Assembly (NCBI GenBank): GCA_963805595.1
Contig: CAWDUM010000003.1
Location: 112,369-176,368 of the forward strand
Direction of reading: 5' to 3'
DNA: 64,000 nucleotides
DNA from: an uncultured Actinomycetota bacterium
GTDB lineage: Bacteria > Actinomycetota > Acidimicrobiia > Acidimicrobiales > RAAP-2
The number at the start of each line of letters is the position of its first letter. Position 1 is the first letter of the stretch. Shown in pieces: positions 17,740 through 27,617 of this stretch. Both the position numbers and the translations under genes were made by a program. The notes below the pieces were generated by a model. That model did no database searches, had not been told where the DNA came from, and saw only the letters and a list, made by a program, of their open reading frames with translations.

Positions 17740-19007
17740 GTGCGCGACGCCTCGGCGTTGACCTGACGCCGCTGCGGGTGTCCAAGCAGTACCGGCGGCT
17801 CTACATCGCGGGATTCATCACCCAGCTGGGGGGCCAGGCGACGTTCATCACCGTGCCGTTCCAACTGCGACTGCTCACCCACTCGCCGCTGCTCGTGGGA
17901 ACGCTGGGTCTCGTCGAGCTCGTGCCCATCGTCCTCTTCGGCCTCTACGGGGGTGTGCTCGCCGACCGGCTCGACCGGCGTCGCCTGATCCTGGCGACCG
18001 AGGCCGCGTCGATGGCGACGATCCTGGTGCTGTTCCTCAACGCGCTGACCCATCACCCCCAGGTGTGGCTGATATTCCTCGCCGACGCCGGGGTCGTGGC
18101 CGCCGGCAGCCTGCAGGGGCCGAGCATCGGCGCGCTCAACCAGAGCTTCGTGCCCCACGAGCTGCAGCGTTCGGCCTCCACCCTGGGCATGATCCGCTCG
18201 ACCTCCGCGGCGATCCTGGGTCCGGCCTTCGGCGGGCTCATCGTGGTCGCCGTCGGCCCCAGCGCGGCCTACCTGGTCAACCTGGTGACGTTCACGGCCT
18301 CGCTCGCGCTGCTCGTCACGCTGCGCGCCGACCCCCGGTCGGCCGAGGCCCAGGTCGCCTCGTTCGGCGGGGGGCTGCGCTACGCGCGGTCGCGCCCCGA
18401 CCTGCTGGGCACCTACGCCGTGGACCTGTTGGCGATGGCCTGGGCGTACCCGGTCGTGATGCTGCCCTTCGTCGCGGCGCGCTACCACGTGACCTACGCG
18501 CTGTCCCTGCTGTACCTCGGGCTGCCGGTGGGGGCCCTGCTGGCCACGGTGACCTCGGGCTGGACCCACCGCGTGCGCCGCTACGGGCGCGCGATCGCCG
18601 CCGCGGCGACGCTGTGGGGCCTGGGCATCGCCTTCTTCGGCTACGCGACGTCGCTCTGGCTGTGCTTCGCGGGCCTGGTCGTGGGCGGGGGCGCCGACGC
18701 GGTCAGCGGGATCTTCCGCCAGACGATGTGGAACGAGTCGATCGCGCCCGACGTGCGCGGGCGCATGGCCGGCGTGGAGCTGATCTCCTACGCCGTCGGG
18801 CCGACCGCGGGACAGTTCCGCGCGGGTGTCGTCGCGGCGTGGACCACGCTGCGCTTCTCGCTGACCCTCGGCGGGCTCGGCTGCGCCGGGTCGGTGGTCG
18901 CGGTGACGACCGGGCTGCGCCAGATGTGGCGTTTCGACGCGCGCACCGACGTGCACGTCGAGGCGGTGCGCGCGCTGCGCGCCGGCGAGCCAGGCCCCGC
19001 GGCCTGA
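17736..19007 (+). CDS. MFS transporter (EntS/MFS_3-like)
   Basis: 12-TM-type profile. YRRLYIAGFITQLGGQATFITVPFQL is typical of this subfamily. The GTG at 17736 overlaps the acyltransferase stop (GTGA); an alternative start is at 17715. Confidence 0.8.
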   Translation: MSARRLGVDLTPLRVSKQYRRLYIAGFITQLGGQATFITVPFQLRLLTHSPLLVGTLGLVELVPIVLFGLYGGVLADRLDRRRLILATEAASMATILVLFLNALTHHPQVWLIFLADAGVVAAGSLQGPSIGALNQSFVPHELQRSASTLGMIRSTSAAILGPAFGGLIVVAVGPSAAYLVNLVTFTASLALLVTLRADPRSAEAQVASFGGGLRYARSRPDLLGTYAVDLLAMAWAYPVVMLPFVAARYHVTYALSLLYLGLPVGALLATVTSGWTHRVRRYGRAIAAAATLWGLGIAFFGYATSLWLCFAGLVVGGGADAVSGIFRQTMWNESIAPDVRGRMAGVELISYAVGPTAGQFRAGVVAAWTTLRFSLTLGGLGCAGSVVAVTTGLRQMWRFDARTDVHVEAVRALRAGEPGPAA

Positions 19008-19024
19008 GCCCCTACGCTCGACCC

Positions 19025-20200
19025 ATGGCGGGCGCGACCTTTCTCATCACGGTCAGCGGACCGGACCGCGTGGGCGTCGGCGCCGAGCTGTGGGCGTCGC
19101 TGTCGCGGCTGGGCGACGCCGCCCAGCTGAGCGACGTGGCCCAGATCACGATCCGCGGCTACCTGGTCCTGTGCGCGGAGGTCTCCGGCGAGACGCTCAC
19201 CGAGGGGGCGATCCGCCACGTCCTGGCCCTCCAACACGTCGAGGGCCAGGGCCTGTCGGCGAGCGTCGAGCGGGTCGAGGACGCCAGCGTCGGCGACGGG
19301 CGCCGACTCCTGGTGACCCTGTTGGCGCCCTCGATCAGCGCCCAGCACCTGCGGGGCGTCTTCTCGGCCATCGCGGCCCAGGGGGCGACCTGTGAGCGGA
19401 TCGTGCACCTGGCCGACTACCCCGTCGACTGCTACGAGCTCGTCGTTCGCGGCTCGGAGCACGCGGCGCTGCGCAACGACCTGACCTTGGTCGCGCGCTC
19501 GATGGGGATCGACCTGGCCGTCCAGCGCGCCGGCCTGCACCGGCGCGCCAAGCACCTGGTCGTGATGGACGCGGACTCCACGCTGCTCCAAGACGAGGTC
19601 ATCGACCTGCTGGCCGACGAGTGCGGCTGCGCCAAGGAGGTGGCCGCGGTGACCGAGGCCGCCATGGCCGGCGAGATCGACTTCGCCGAGTCGCTGCGCC
19701 GGCGCGTCGCGCTGCTCGAGGGTCTGCCCGCGAGCGTGCTCGACGACGTGCGCGCCCGGCTACGACTGGCGCCCGGCGCGCGCACGCTCCTGCGCACGCT
19801 GCGGCGCCTCGGCTACGTGCCCGCGGTCGTCTCGGGCGGGTTCGTCGAGGTGCTGGCGCCGCTGCTCGCCGACCTCGGGGTGGACCTGTTCGAGGCGAAC
19901 CGCCTCGAGGTCCTCGACGGCCGTCTCACCGGTCGCCTGGTGGGCGACGTGCTGGACCGCGCGGGCAAGGCGCGGGCGCTGGAGCGCTTCGCCGCGCAGG
20001 TCGGCGTGCCGCTCGAGCAGACCGTCGCGGTGGGCGACGGGGCCAACGACATCGACATGCTCGCCGCGGCCGGCCTGGGCGTCGCCTTCAACGCCAAGGC
20101 GCTGGTGCGCGACCACGCCGACACCGCGCTGTCGGTGCCGTACCTCGACGCGGTCCTGTACTTCCTGGGCATCAGCCGCGAGGAGATCGAGGCCGACTAG
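19025..20200 (+). CDS. serB: phosphoserine phosphatase SerB with N-terminal ACT-like domains
   Basis: HAD motif I VVMDADSTLLQDEVID, motif III/IV GDGANDIDML. The N-terminus (FLITVSGPDRVGVGAEL) is ACT-like, as in the long actinobacterial SerB. The rest of ORF 18065..20200 runs out of frame through the MFS gene. Confidence 0.85.
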   Translation: MAGATFLITVSGPDRVGVGAELWASLSRLGDAAQLSDVAQITIRGYLVLCAEVSGETLTEGAIRHVLALQHVEGQGLSASVERVEDASVGDGRRLLVTLLAPSISAQHLRGVFSAIAAQGATCERIVHLADYPVDCYELVVRGSEHAALRNDLTLVARSMGIDLAVQRAGLHRRAKHLVVMDADSTLLQDEVIDLLADECGCAKEVAAVTEAAMAGEIDFAESLRRRVALLEGLPASVLDDVRARLRLAPGARTLLRTLRRLGYVPAVVSGGFVEVLAPLLADLGVDLFEANRLEVLDGRLTGRLVGDVLDRAGKARALERFAAQVGVPLEQTVAVGDGANDIDMLAAAGLGVAFNAKALVRDHADTALSVPYLDAVLYFLGISREEIEAD

Positions 20201-20290
20201 GTAGCCCTCTTGGCCGGTCGCCGCCGCGGCGGCGCCCCGCCGCCGCCGTTACTGGGTAGTAATGTCAGCGTGTCACACGAAGGGAGGGTC

Positions 20291-20485
20291 GTGAGAGTCG
20301 TCATCGACGCCGAGAAGTGCCAGGGCCACGGCCGGTGCTTCACGATGGTCCCGTCCCTGTTCACCTACGACGAGCTCGGCAACGGCCTGGTCGTCGGTGA
20401 CGGCACCCTGGACGCCGAGTCGCTGTCGCTCGCCCAACTGGCCCAGTCCAACTGTCCCGAACACGCCATCGACATCGAGGAGTGA
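20291..20485 (+). CDS. ferredoxin (P450-associated 3Fe-4S type)
   Basis: CQGHGRC ... CPEHAI cluster ligands. GTG follows GAAGGGAGGG. Ends 1 nt before the P450 ATG. Confidence 0.75.
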   Translation: MRVVIDAEKCQGHGRCFTMVPSLFTYDELGNGLVVGDGTLDAESLSLAQLAQSNCPEHAIDIEE

Positions 20486-20486
20486 G

Positions 20487-21698
20487 ATGCACGACGCGCC
20501 GCCGCCCGTGACCGACTTCGCCACCGACTGGGACCACACCGACCCCCAGTGGGTGAACGACCCCTTCCCGATCTGGGATGACCTGCGCCAGCGCTGCCCG
20601 GTCGCGCACACCGAGCGCTACGGCGGCGGGTGGTTCCCCGTCACCCACGCCGGCGTGTCGGCGGTGGCCAACGACACGGTGAACTTCACCAGCCGCACCG
20701 TCGTCATCAACACCGGTCGTCCGGGCGAGGAGGCGCTGCCCTCGCCGATCGGCGTCGCGCCGCCCATCACGTCGGACCCGCCGTTCCACCAGATCGCGCG
20801 GCGCATCATCCTGCCGGCGTTCGCCCCGGGCCCGGTCAACGCGCTCGAACCCCAGATGCGCACCCTGTGCCGCAAGCTCCTCGACGCGATGTCCGGCCAC
20901 GAGGTCGTCAACGGCGGCAGTGAGTACGCGCAGTTCATCCCCACCGCGATCATCCGCCAGATGCTGGGGTTCCCCGAGGCCGACGAGGAGCTCTTCCGCG
21001 AGTTCGTCCACATCGTCATCGCCGGCGTCGGCCTGCCCGAAGAGGAGCGCATCGAGCAGTTCATGCCGATCGAGCAGTACCTCGTGCGCCAGATCGAGGA
21101 CCACCAGGCGAACCCGCGCGACGACCTGACGACCTTCTTGCTGAACGCCGAGATCGGCGGCGAGAAGCTGGCCCTCGAGCACGTCTTCGGGACCATCCTC
21201 CTGGTGCTGATCGCCGGCATCGACACCACGTGGTCGGCGATCGGCGCGTCGCTGTGGCACCTCGCCCACAACCCCCAGGACCTGGAGCGACTGGTCGCCG
21301 AGCCCGACCTCATGCCCACCGCGATCGAGGAGTTCCTGCGCTTCTACGCGCCGGTGACCATGGCCCGCCTGGTCAAGCACGACATGGACTACCTGGGCTG
21401 CCCGATGAAGGAGTACGACTGGCTCATGCTGGGCTTCCCGGCGGCCAACCGCGACCCCGCGGCCTTCAAGGACGCGGACCAGTTCATCATCGACCGCCTG
21501 GAGAACCGCCACCTGGCCTTCGGCCTGGGCATCCACCGCTGCGTGGGGTCCAACCTCGCGCGCCTGGAGCTGCGCGTGGCCATCGAGGAGTTCATCGCGC
21601 GCTACCCGCGCTTCACCCTGGCCGACCCGGCCGCGGTGACGTGGGCGCCGGGGATGATCCGCGGCCCGCGGAACCTGCCCCTGCGGGTGCTGGCCTAG
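20487..21698 (+). CDS. cytochrome P450
   Basis: Heme-thiolate loop FGLGIHRCVGSNLA, I-helix LIAGIDTT, ExxR (EEFLR). Confidence 0.9.
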   Translation: MHDAPPPVTDFATDWDHTDPQWVNDPFPIWDDLRQRCPVAHTERYGGGWFPVTHAGVSAVANDTVNFTSRTVVINTGRPGEEALPSPIGVAPPITSDPPFHQIARRIILPAFAPGPVNALEPQMRTLCRKLLDAMSGHEVVNGGSEYAQFIPTAIIRQMLGFPEADEELFREFVHIVIAGVGLPEEERIEQFMPIEQYLVRQIEDHQANPRDDLTTFLLNAEIGGEKLALEHVFGTILLVLIAGIDTTWSAIGASLWHLAHNPQDLERLVAEPDLMPTAIEEFLRFYAPVTMARLVKHDMDYLGCPMKEYDWLMLGFPAANRDPAAFKDADQFIIDRLENRHLAFGLGIHRCVGSNLARLELRVAIEEFIARYPRFTLADPAAVTWAPGMIRGPRNLPLRVLA

Positions 21699-23182
21699 AG
21701 ACCCAGGTCGGTCGTCGACGACGACCAGAGGCCGGCCATCCACGCCTCGACGTCGTCGGGGTCGCGCGGCAGCGCCGCCGACAGGTTGCGCGCGCCGCTC
21801 TCGGTGACCAGCACGTCGTCCTCGATGCGCACGCCGATCCCGCGGTACTGCGCGGGCACGGTCAGGTCGTTGGCCTGGAAGTAGAGGCCCGGCTCGACGG
21901 TGAGCACGTAGCCCTCGCGCAGCTCGCCGCGGCGCACCTCGTCGCGCGCCGCGTCGCAGTCGTGCACGTCCAGGCCCAGCATGTGGCTCACGCCGTGGAG
22001 GGTGTAGCGCCGGTAGGACTGGTTCTCGTCGTCGAGCGACTCGGCGGGGTCGCCGGTCAGGACGCCGAGCTCGACGAGGCCCTCGGCGAGCACGGCCATC
22101 GCGGCCCGGTGGGGCGCGTCGAAGCTCGCCCCCGGACGCACCGCGGCGATGCCCGCCTCCTGGGCGGCGAGCACGAGCTCGTAGACGCTGCGCTGGGCGG
22201 GCGAGAAGCGCCCGCTCACCGGCATCGTGCGCGTCACGTCGGCGGTGTAGAGCGTCTCGACCTCGACGCCCGCGTCGAGCAGCAGCAGGTCGCCGCTGTT
22301 GACGGCACCGTCGTTGCGCGTCCAGTGCAGGATCGTCGCGTGGGCGCCGGCCGCGGCGATGGTGCCGTAGCCGACGTCGTTGCCCTCGACGCGCGCGCGC
22401 AGGTTGAACACGCCCTCGATCACGCGCTCGCCCCGCCCCTCGGCGGCGGGCAACGCGCGCACGACGTCCTCGAAGCCCTTGACCGTGTGGTCGACCGCCC
22501 GCTGGAGCTGGGCGACCTCGAACTCGTCCTTGGTCAGGCGCAGCTCGGAGAGCGCGGTGGCGAACTCGTCGTCGCCGTCGCAGGGCTCGACGACCGAGTC
22601 GAGCCACGCGTCGACGTCGCGGCGCACCAACGCCGCGCACGGGTCCAGCGACTCGAGGTCCTTCTCCAGGTACTCCAGCGGCGCGGTCTCGACGGCGAAG
22701 AAGACGGCCGCCTCCGCGACGCCGCGGCGCGGGCCGACCCACAGCTCGCCGTAGCGAGCGTCGGTGAAGAACTCGTACGTCGACTGGTCGCGACGGTGCG
22801 CGACGTAGAGGGTCGAGCGCGGGCCCTGCGCGCCCGGCGAGATCACGAGCACCGCGTCGGGCTCGTCGCACCCCGTGAGGTAGAAGAAGTCCGAGTCGGG
22901 CCGGAAGCGGTAGTCGGTGTCGTTGGCGCGCACCTTGGGGTTGCCGTTGGCCACGACCAGGGTGCGTCCGGGGAAGAGACCGGCGACGCGCTCGCGGCGC
23001 TGGGCGCAGTAGGGGGCCATGGGGTGCACGTCGCCCGAGGGCTCCTGCGGGGCCCACCCCGTCGTCATCTGCTCGACCATCGTGCGCGGCCAGGGCTTGC
23101 GCCGCGTTCCGCCCCAGACCCAGTTCTCGGACACCGGGTTCTCGGCCGAGACGTCGCCGTCGCCGTGGGCTGACTCGTTCAC
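21695..23182 (-). CDS. Xaa-Pro aminopeptidase (M24B, aminopeptidase P type)
   Basis: N-terminal AMP_N-like region, then LLLLDAGVEVETLYTADVTRT, HGVSHMLGLDVHD, LTVEPGLY, GIGVRIEDDVLVT (canonical M24 metal ligands). Confidence 0.85.
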   Translation of the reverse strand: MNESAHGDGDVSAENPVSENWVWGGTRRKPWPRTMVEQMTTGWAPQEPSGDVHPMAPYCAQRRERVAGLFPGRTLVVANGNPKVRANDTDYRFRPDSDFFYLTGCDEPDAVLVISPGAQGPRSTLYVAHRRDQSTYEFFTDARYGELWVGPRRGVAEAAVFFAVETAPLEYLEKDLESLDPCAALVRRDVDAWLDSVVEPCDGDDEFATALSELRLTKDEFEVAQLQRAVDHTVKGFEDVVRALPAAEGRGERVIEGVFNLRARVEGNDVGYGTIAAAGAHATILHWTRNDGAVNSGDLLLLDAGVEVETLYTADVTRTMPVSGRFSPAQRSVYELVLAAQEAGIAAVRPGASFDAPHRAAMAVLAEGLVELGVLTGDPAESLDDENQSYRRYTLHGVSHMLGLDVHDCDAARDEVRRGELREGYVLTVEPGLYFQANDLTVPAQYRGIGVRIEDDVLVTESGARNLSAALPRDPDDVEAWMAGLWSSSTTDLGL

Positions 23183-23273
23183 CGCCCCAAACTACCGCCC
23201 GACCCGGCGGGCCCCGCACCGCGGGTGGTTGACTCGCTTTGTAAGAACCGGGCGGGAGGTGACAGGACTGAGC

Positions 23274-23777
23274 GTGGCTCCGGGTAGGGAAGTTCGCTTC
23301 CGGGCGTTGGCCGTCGAGGCCACGCCCGTCGTCGGCGCGTACCTGCGACGCCGCCTCTACCCCCTGGTCGACGCCGACCTCGACGACCTGGTCGAGGAGG
23401 TCCTCCTCGTCGCGTGGCGCCGCTTCGACGACATCCCCGCCGACGCGACCATCCCGTGGATGATCGGGGTCGCGCGCAACGTCCTGCGCAACGCCCAGCG
23501 AAAGCGCCGACGCGCCACGGCCGTCGAGGACCGCGTGCGGCCCGCGACGTCCACCGCGGCCGCCGAGGACCTGGTGATCGCCGACGAGGGGGTGCGCCAG
23601 GCCCTGGCCGCCCTCAGCGACGACGACCGCGAGATCCTCCTGCTGCACGCCTGGGACGGTCGCAGCGCCACGGAGATCGCGGCGATCTTCCACCTGTCCA
23701 CCAACGCCGCGGCGGTCCGCCTGTCGCGCGCCGAGGCCCGATTTCGACGCCACTTCAGCGGTGTCGCGGTGGAGTGA
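23274..23777 (+). CDS. ECF-type RNA polymerase sigma factor
   Basis: Region 2 (VEEVLLVAWRRFDDIP...WMIGVARNVLRNAQRKR) and region 4 HTH (REILLLHAWDGRSATEIAAIFHLSTNAAAVRLSRA). The start is uncertain (GTG 23274 or 23259). Confidence 0.75.
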   Translation: MAPGREVRFRALAVEATPVVGAYLRRRLYPLVDADLDDLVEEVLLVAWRRFDDIPADATIPWMIGVARNVLRNAQRKRRRATAVEDRVRPATSTAAAEDLVIADEGVRQALAALSDDDREILLLHAWDGRSATEIAAIFHLSTNAAAVRLSRAEARFRRHFSGVAVE

Positions 23778-23821
23778 AATTTCCGCCGACTCCAGACAAA
23801 GAGCCTATGGAGGAGGATGCC

Positions 23822-25099
23822 ATGAGTTCTGCTGACGAACGGTTGTCCGCGAGCGACCCGGCTCGGGACGGCTACACGCACCCGGCGATGGGCGCGATGG
23901 TCTCGCGCGTCGTCGCGACCGGACGGCCGCGCCGCGACGCGACCTGGCGGGCCTTCCGCCTCCGGATCGCCAGCGCCGTCGCGGGCACCGGCGTCGTGAC
24001 CGGGGCGGGGATCCTCGCGCTCTCCAGCGCCGGGGTGTCGCTGCCCGTGCTGGCCTTCGCCGCGGCCGGCACGCAACCCGCGTCGAGCGGCTCGGTGTAC
24101 GGGACGTCGACCGCGCCGACCAAGCTGGCCCTTCCGATGCAGCGCAACTGGCAGATCACCGGCGCCGACAACCTCTCGGACGCGCCCGGGTCGGCGACCG
24201 TCTACACGCTGAGCGCTCCGAGCGACCCGGCGGGCGCGCTGAGCCAGGCGGCCCAGGTGCTCGGCGTGGACATCGGCACGCCGGCCACCAACGGCGACGC
24301 CCAGAGCTACTCGTCGACCGGCCCGGACTACTCGGGCTGGCTCGTGTCCAACGGCGGGTTCGCGTCGTGGGGGATCAGCCTCAACTCCTCGACGACGTCG
24401 GCCGCCGCGTCGGGCCCGGTGGCGCTCGACGCGTTCAACGCGACCGCGGTCGCCGACGCCCAGCAGCTGGGGTCGTTCCAACTCGGCGCGCCCTCGCCCC
24501 AGGCCCTCGGCGATAACAACACGGGGCCCGTCGACGTCACCGTGCCGATCCTGGTGGATGACGAGTCGACGGACTTCGCCTACGACTTCACCTTCGGGTC
24601 GGACGGGTCGCTGCAGTCGGCCGACGGCGTGAGCGCGACGCTCAGCCCGCTGGCGACGTACCCGCTGGTCTCGCCGTCGGCCGGGGTCGGCGAGATCCTC
24701 TCGCAGCTCTACGTGACGACGGCCCCGATCGGCGGTGGCGTCGAGCCGATGCTGGGCTCCTCGACGTCCGACGCCGGGGCGGGCGACACCACGACGACGG
24801 GACCGCCGCTGATGGGGTCCTCGGACCAGCCGCCGGTCCCCACGACCGATCCCACGGCGTCGAGCGTCCCCACGACCGACACGACGCCGTCGACGATCCC
24901 GCCGACGGTGGTCGACGTCACGGGCGTGAGCGACCAGTACGGGGCGTACTCGATGTCCGACGGATCGACCCTGCTGCTGCCGGTCTACGTCTACACGGGT
25001 GACGTCGTGGGCCAGACCTGGCAGGCGAGCTTCCGGGTGATCCCGGTGGACCCGGCGTACCTGGACCTCACCGCGATCGTGAGCGCCCGGCTCTTCTAG
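23822..25099 (+). CDS. single-pass membrane protein, possible anti-sigma factor partner
   Basis: ATG preceded by GGAGGAGGA. About 45-aa cytoplasmic head, one TM segment (IASAVAGTGVVTGAGILALSSAG), and a large extracytoplasmic part with a Thr/Pro-rich stretch. The anti-sigma assignment rests on position only. Confidence 0.5.
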   Translation: MSSADERLSASDPARDGYTHPAMGAMVSRVVATGRPRRDATWRAFRLRIASAVAGTGVVTGAGILALSSAGVSLPVLAFAAAGTQPASSGSVYGTSTAPTKLALPMQRNWQITGADNLSDAPGSATVYTLSAPSDPAGALSQAAQVLGVDIGTPATNGDAQSYSSTGPDYSGWLVSNGGFASWGISLNSSTTSAAASGPVALDAFNATAVADAQQLGSFQLGAPSPQALGDNNTGPVDVTVPILVDDESTDFAYDFTFGSDGSLQSADGVSATLSPLATYPLVSPSAGVGEILSQLYVTTAPIGGGVEPMLGSSTSDAGAGDTTTTGPPLMGSSDQPPVPTTDPTASSVPTTDTTPSTIPPTVVDVTGVSDQYGAYSMSDGSTLLLPVYVYTGDVVGQTWQASFRVIPVDPAYLDLTAIVSARLF

Positions 25100-25121
25100 C
25101 GCGCCCTCGTAGTGTGGCCCC

Positions 25122-25787
25122 ATGGCCATGACGCTGACCTGGGAGGGCGAGGTCGCCCTCGTGCGCTGGGACGACGAGGAGAACCGCGTCAACCTCGACA
25201 CCCTGGCGCGGGTGCACCGGCTGCTCGATGAGGTCGAGGCGACGAGCGGGCCGCGCGCGCTGGTGTGGACCGGCGCCGGCAAGTTCTTCTCCAACGGCCT
25301 CGACCTGGCGCGCTTCGCCGGTGACCCCAACGAGATGCGCGCGACGCTCGACGAGCTGCACCGCACCTTGGCGCGCCTCTTCCTCTTCCCCGCGTATACG
25401 GTGGCCGCGCTCAACGGGCACACCTTCGCCGCGGGCGCGCTCTTCTCGTGCGGGTTCGACTACCGGGTGATGCGAGCCGACCGCGGCTACTGGTGCATGA
25501 ACGAGGTCGACATTGGCCTCGCCCTAGACGAGCGCCTGGCCGCGATCCTCTTCGCGCGCCTGCCGCGCGCGGTCGTCGTCGACGCGATCGTGACCGGTCA
25601 CCGCTTCACCGGGCCCGAGGCCTCTGCCGCGGGGATCGTCCAGGAGTCCGTCGACGAGTCCGCGCTGGTCGCGCGGGCCATCGACGTCGCCGGCGCGATG
25701 GCGGCCAAGGACCGCGTGGTGATCGGCGCGCACAAGCGCCTCGCGTTCGCCGACGTGGTCGCCCGGCTCGGGCACCCGCTCACCTAG
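25122..25787 (+). CDS. enoyl-CoA hydratase/isomerase (crotonase) family protein
   Basis: ALVWTGAGKFFSNGLDL oxyanion-hole region and ALNGHTFAAGALF. Confidence 0.8.
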   Translation: MAMTLTWEGEVALVRWDDEENRVNLDTLARVHRLLDEVEATSGPRALVWTGAGKFFSNGLDLARFAGDPNEMRATLDELHRTLARLFLFPAYTVAALNGHTFAAGALFSCGFDYRVMRADRGYWCMNEVDIGLALDERLAAILFARLPRAVVVDAIVTGHRFTGPEASAAGIVQESVDESALVARAIDVAGAMAAKDRVVIGAHKRLAFADVVARLGHPLT

Positions 25788-25806
25788 GCGCGGGCGGCGC
25801 CGGGGA

Positions 25807-26616
25807 CTAGACCCAGCCCTGGTCGCGCGCGATCTGCTCGACGTCGCCGATGCGCATGCCGCTGCGGTGCTGGAGCGTGCGGATCAGGCCGCCGGCCTCG
25901 TAGAGGGACTCGTAGGTACCGGTGTCGAGCCAGGTCGTCGCCCGCGACAGCGGCTGGACGCGCAGCTCGCCGCGCTCGAGGTAGGCGAGGTTCAGCGCGG
26001 TGATCTCGAGCTCGCCGCGCGTGCTCGGGGTCAGCTCGTGGGCGAGCTTGACCGCCTTCTCGTCGTAGAAGTAGATGCCGGGCACGACGTAGTCGCTCCT
26101 GGGGTGCGCGGGCTTCTCCTCGATGGACAGCACCCGGCCCTCGTCGTCGAACTCGACGACGCCGTAGCGCGAGGGGTCGCTCACCTGATACGCGAAGATG
26201 AGCGCGCCCTCCACGTCGACGTTCTCGGCCAGGTGCGTGCCGAGGCCGGGGCCGTAGAAGAGGTTGTCACCCAGGATGAGCGCGCACTTGTCGCCGTCGA
26301 GGAATCGCTCACCCAGGATGAGCGCCTCGGCGAGGCCGTTGGGGCTGTCCTGGACGACGTAGGAGATGTTCAGTCCCAGGTGCGCGCCGTCGCCGAGGAG
26401 CCGGCGGAACGCGTCCTGGTCGTGAGGGGTGGTGATGAGCAGGATGTCGCGCAGGCCCGTGAGCATGAGCGTGCTCAACGGGTAGTAGATCATGGGCTTG
26501 TCGTAGATGGGAAGCAACTGCTTGGAGACCGCGCGGGTGATGGGGTGAAGGCGCGTGCCGTTGCCGCCAGCCAGGATGATTCCCTTCACTCCATTAGTGT
26601 ATAGAGGTCCCTTCAC
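25807..26616 (-). CDS. rmlA: glucose-1-phosphate thymidylyltransferase
   Basis: KGIILAGGNGTRLHPITRAVSKQLLPIYDKPMIYYPLSTLMLTGLRDILLITTP. The start may be the GTG at 26589 (VKGIILAGG). Confidence 0.9.
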   Translation of the reverse strand: MKGPLYTNGVKGIILAGGNGTRLHPITRAVSKQLLPIYDKPMIYYPLSTLMLTGLRDILLITTPHDQDAFRRLLGDGAHLGLNISYVVQDSPNGLAEALILGERFLDGDKCALILGDNLFYGPGLGTHLAENVDVEGALIFAYQVSDPSRYGVVEFDDEGRVLSIEEKPAHPRSDYVVPGIYFYDEKAVKLAHELTPSTRGELEITALNLAYLERGELRVQPLSRATTWLDTGTYESLYEAGGLIRTLQHRSGMRIGDVEQIARDQGWV

Positions 26617-26639
26617 GCTCTCTAGAGGCCGAGGTAGGC

Positions 26640-27617
26640 ATGCGCGCTGTTATCACCGGTGCCGCGGGGTTCATCGGCTCGCGATTCGCCGAGCTGTTCC
26701 TCGACGACGCCGAGCGACTCGGCTACGACGACGTCGTCCTCTTCGACGCGCTCACGTACTCGGGCCGGCGCGAGAACATGGACGAGTCGCTGCGCGACCG
26801 GCGCGCGTCCTTCGTCCATGCGTCGATCACCGACGCCGACGCGACGGACCGCGCGCTGCGCGGCGCGCAGCTCGTCGTACACTTCGCCGCCGAGAGCCAC
26901 GTCGACCGCTCGATCTCGGGCGCGCGCGCGTTCTTCGCCACGAACGTGCTCGGCACCCAGCAGCTGCTCGAGAGCGCGCGCCGCGGCGGCGTGGCGCGCT
27001 TCGTGCACGTCTCGACCGACGAGGTCTACGGCTCCATAGAGCGGGGCTCGTGGCGCGAGGACCACGTGCTCGAGCCCAACTCGCCGTACTCGTCGTCCAA
27101 GGCCGGGTCGGACCTCGCCGCGCTGGCCTATCACCGCACCTACGGGCTCGACGTGTGCGTCACGCGGTGCTCGAACAACTACGGCCCGCGCCAGTTCCCC
27201 GAGAAGATGATCCCGCTGTTCGTGACCAACCTGCTCGACGGGCTCGCGGTCCCGCTCTACGGCGACGGGCTCAACGTGCGCGACTGGCTCCACGTCGACG
27301 ACCACTGCCGGGGCGTGCTGGCCGTCGCCGAGTCGGGCCGCGCGGGGGAGATCTACAACATCGGCGGCGGCACCGATCTGACGAACCGCGAGCTGACCGG
27401 GCGCCTGCTCGCGCTGTGCGGCGCGGACGAGTCGATGGTCGAGCCGGTCGCCGACCGCCTGGGACACGACCGGCGTTACAGCGTCGACTGGTCCAAGATC
27501 GCCGCCGAGCTGGGATACGAGCCGCGCGTCGCCTTCGCCGACGGCCTGGCGGCGACCGTGCGCTGGTACCAGGAGAACGAGGAGTGGTGGCGGCCGCTCA
27601 AGGGTCGCGTCGCGTGA
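26640..27617 (+). CDS. rmlB: dTDP-glucose 4,6-dehydratase
   Basis: GAAGFIGS Rossmann motif, catalytic YSSSKAGSD, STDEVYG. Confidence 0.9.
   Translation: MRAVITGAAGFIGSRFAELFLDDAERLGYDDVVLFDALTYSGRRENMDESLRDRRASFVHASITDADATDRALRGAQLVVHFAAESHVDRSISGARAFFATNVLGTQQLLESARRGGVARFVHVSTDEVYGSIERGSWREDHVLEPNSPYSSSKAGSDLAALAYHRTYGLDVCVTRCSNNYGPRQFPEKMIPLFVTNLLDGLAVPLYGDGLNVRDWLHVDDHCRGVLAVAESGRAGEIYNIGGGTDLTNRELTGRLLALCGADESMVEPVADRLGHDRRYSVDWSKIAAELGYEPRVAFADGLAATVRWYQENEEWWRPLKGRVA

Noticed and set aside
18065-19024. 5' part of ORF 18065..20200
   Set aside because: It runs out of frame through the MFS transporter gene. The SerB homology begins only at MAGATFLITVSG (19025).
20201-20290. Promoter upstream of the ferredoxin-P450 pair (TAGTAAT, repeated TGTCA)
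   Set aside because: There is an A/T-rich -10-like sequence but no matching -35, and the TGTCA direct repeat is too short to be meaningful without comparative data.
20361-23753. 1130-aa minus-strand ORF
   Set aside because: It overlaps the ferredoxin, P450 and sigma genes antisense, and overlaps the aminopeptidase P gene out of frame. It has Arg-rich composition and no motifs.
23357-25423. 688-aa minus-strand ORF
   Set aside because: It is antisense to the ECF sigma factor, its downstream membrane protein and the crotonase gene. It has no recognisable domain.
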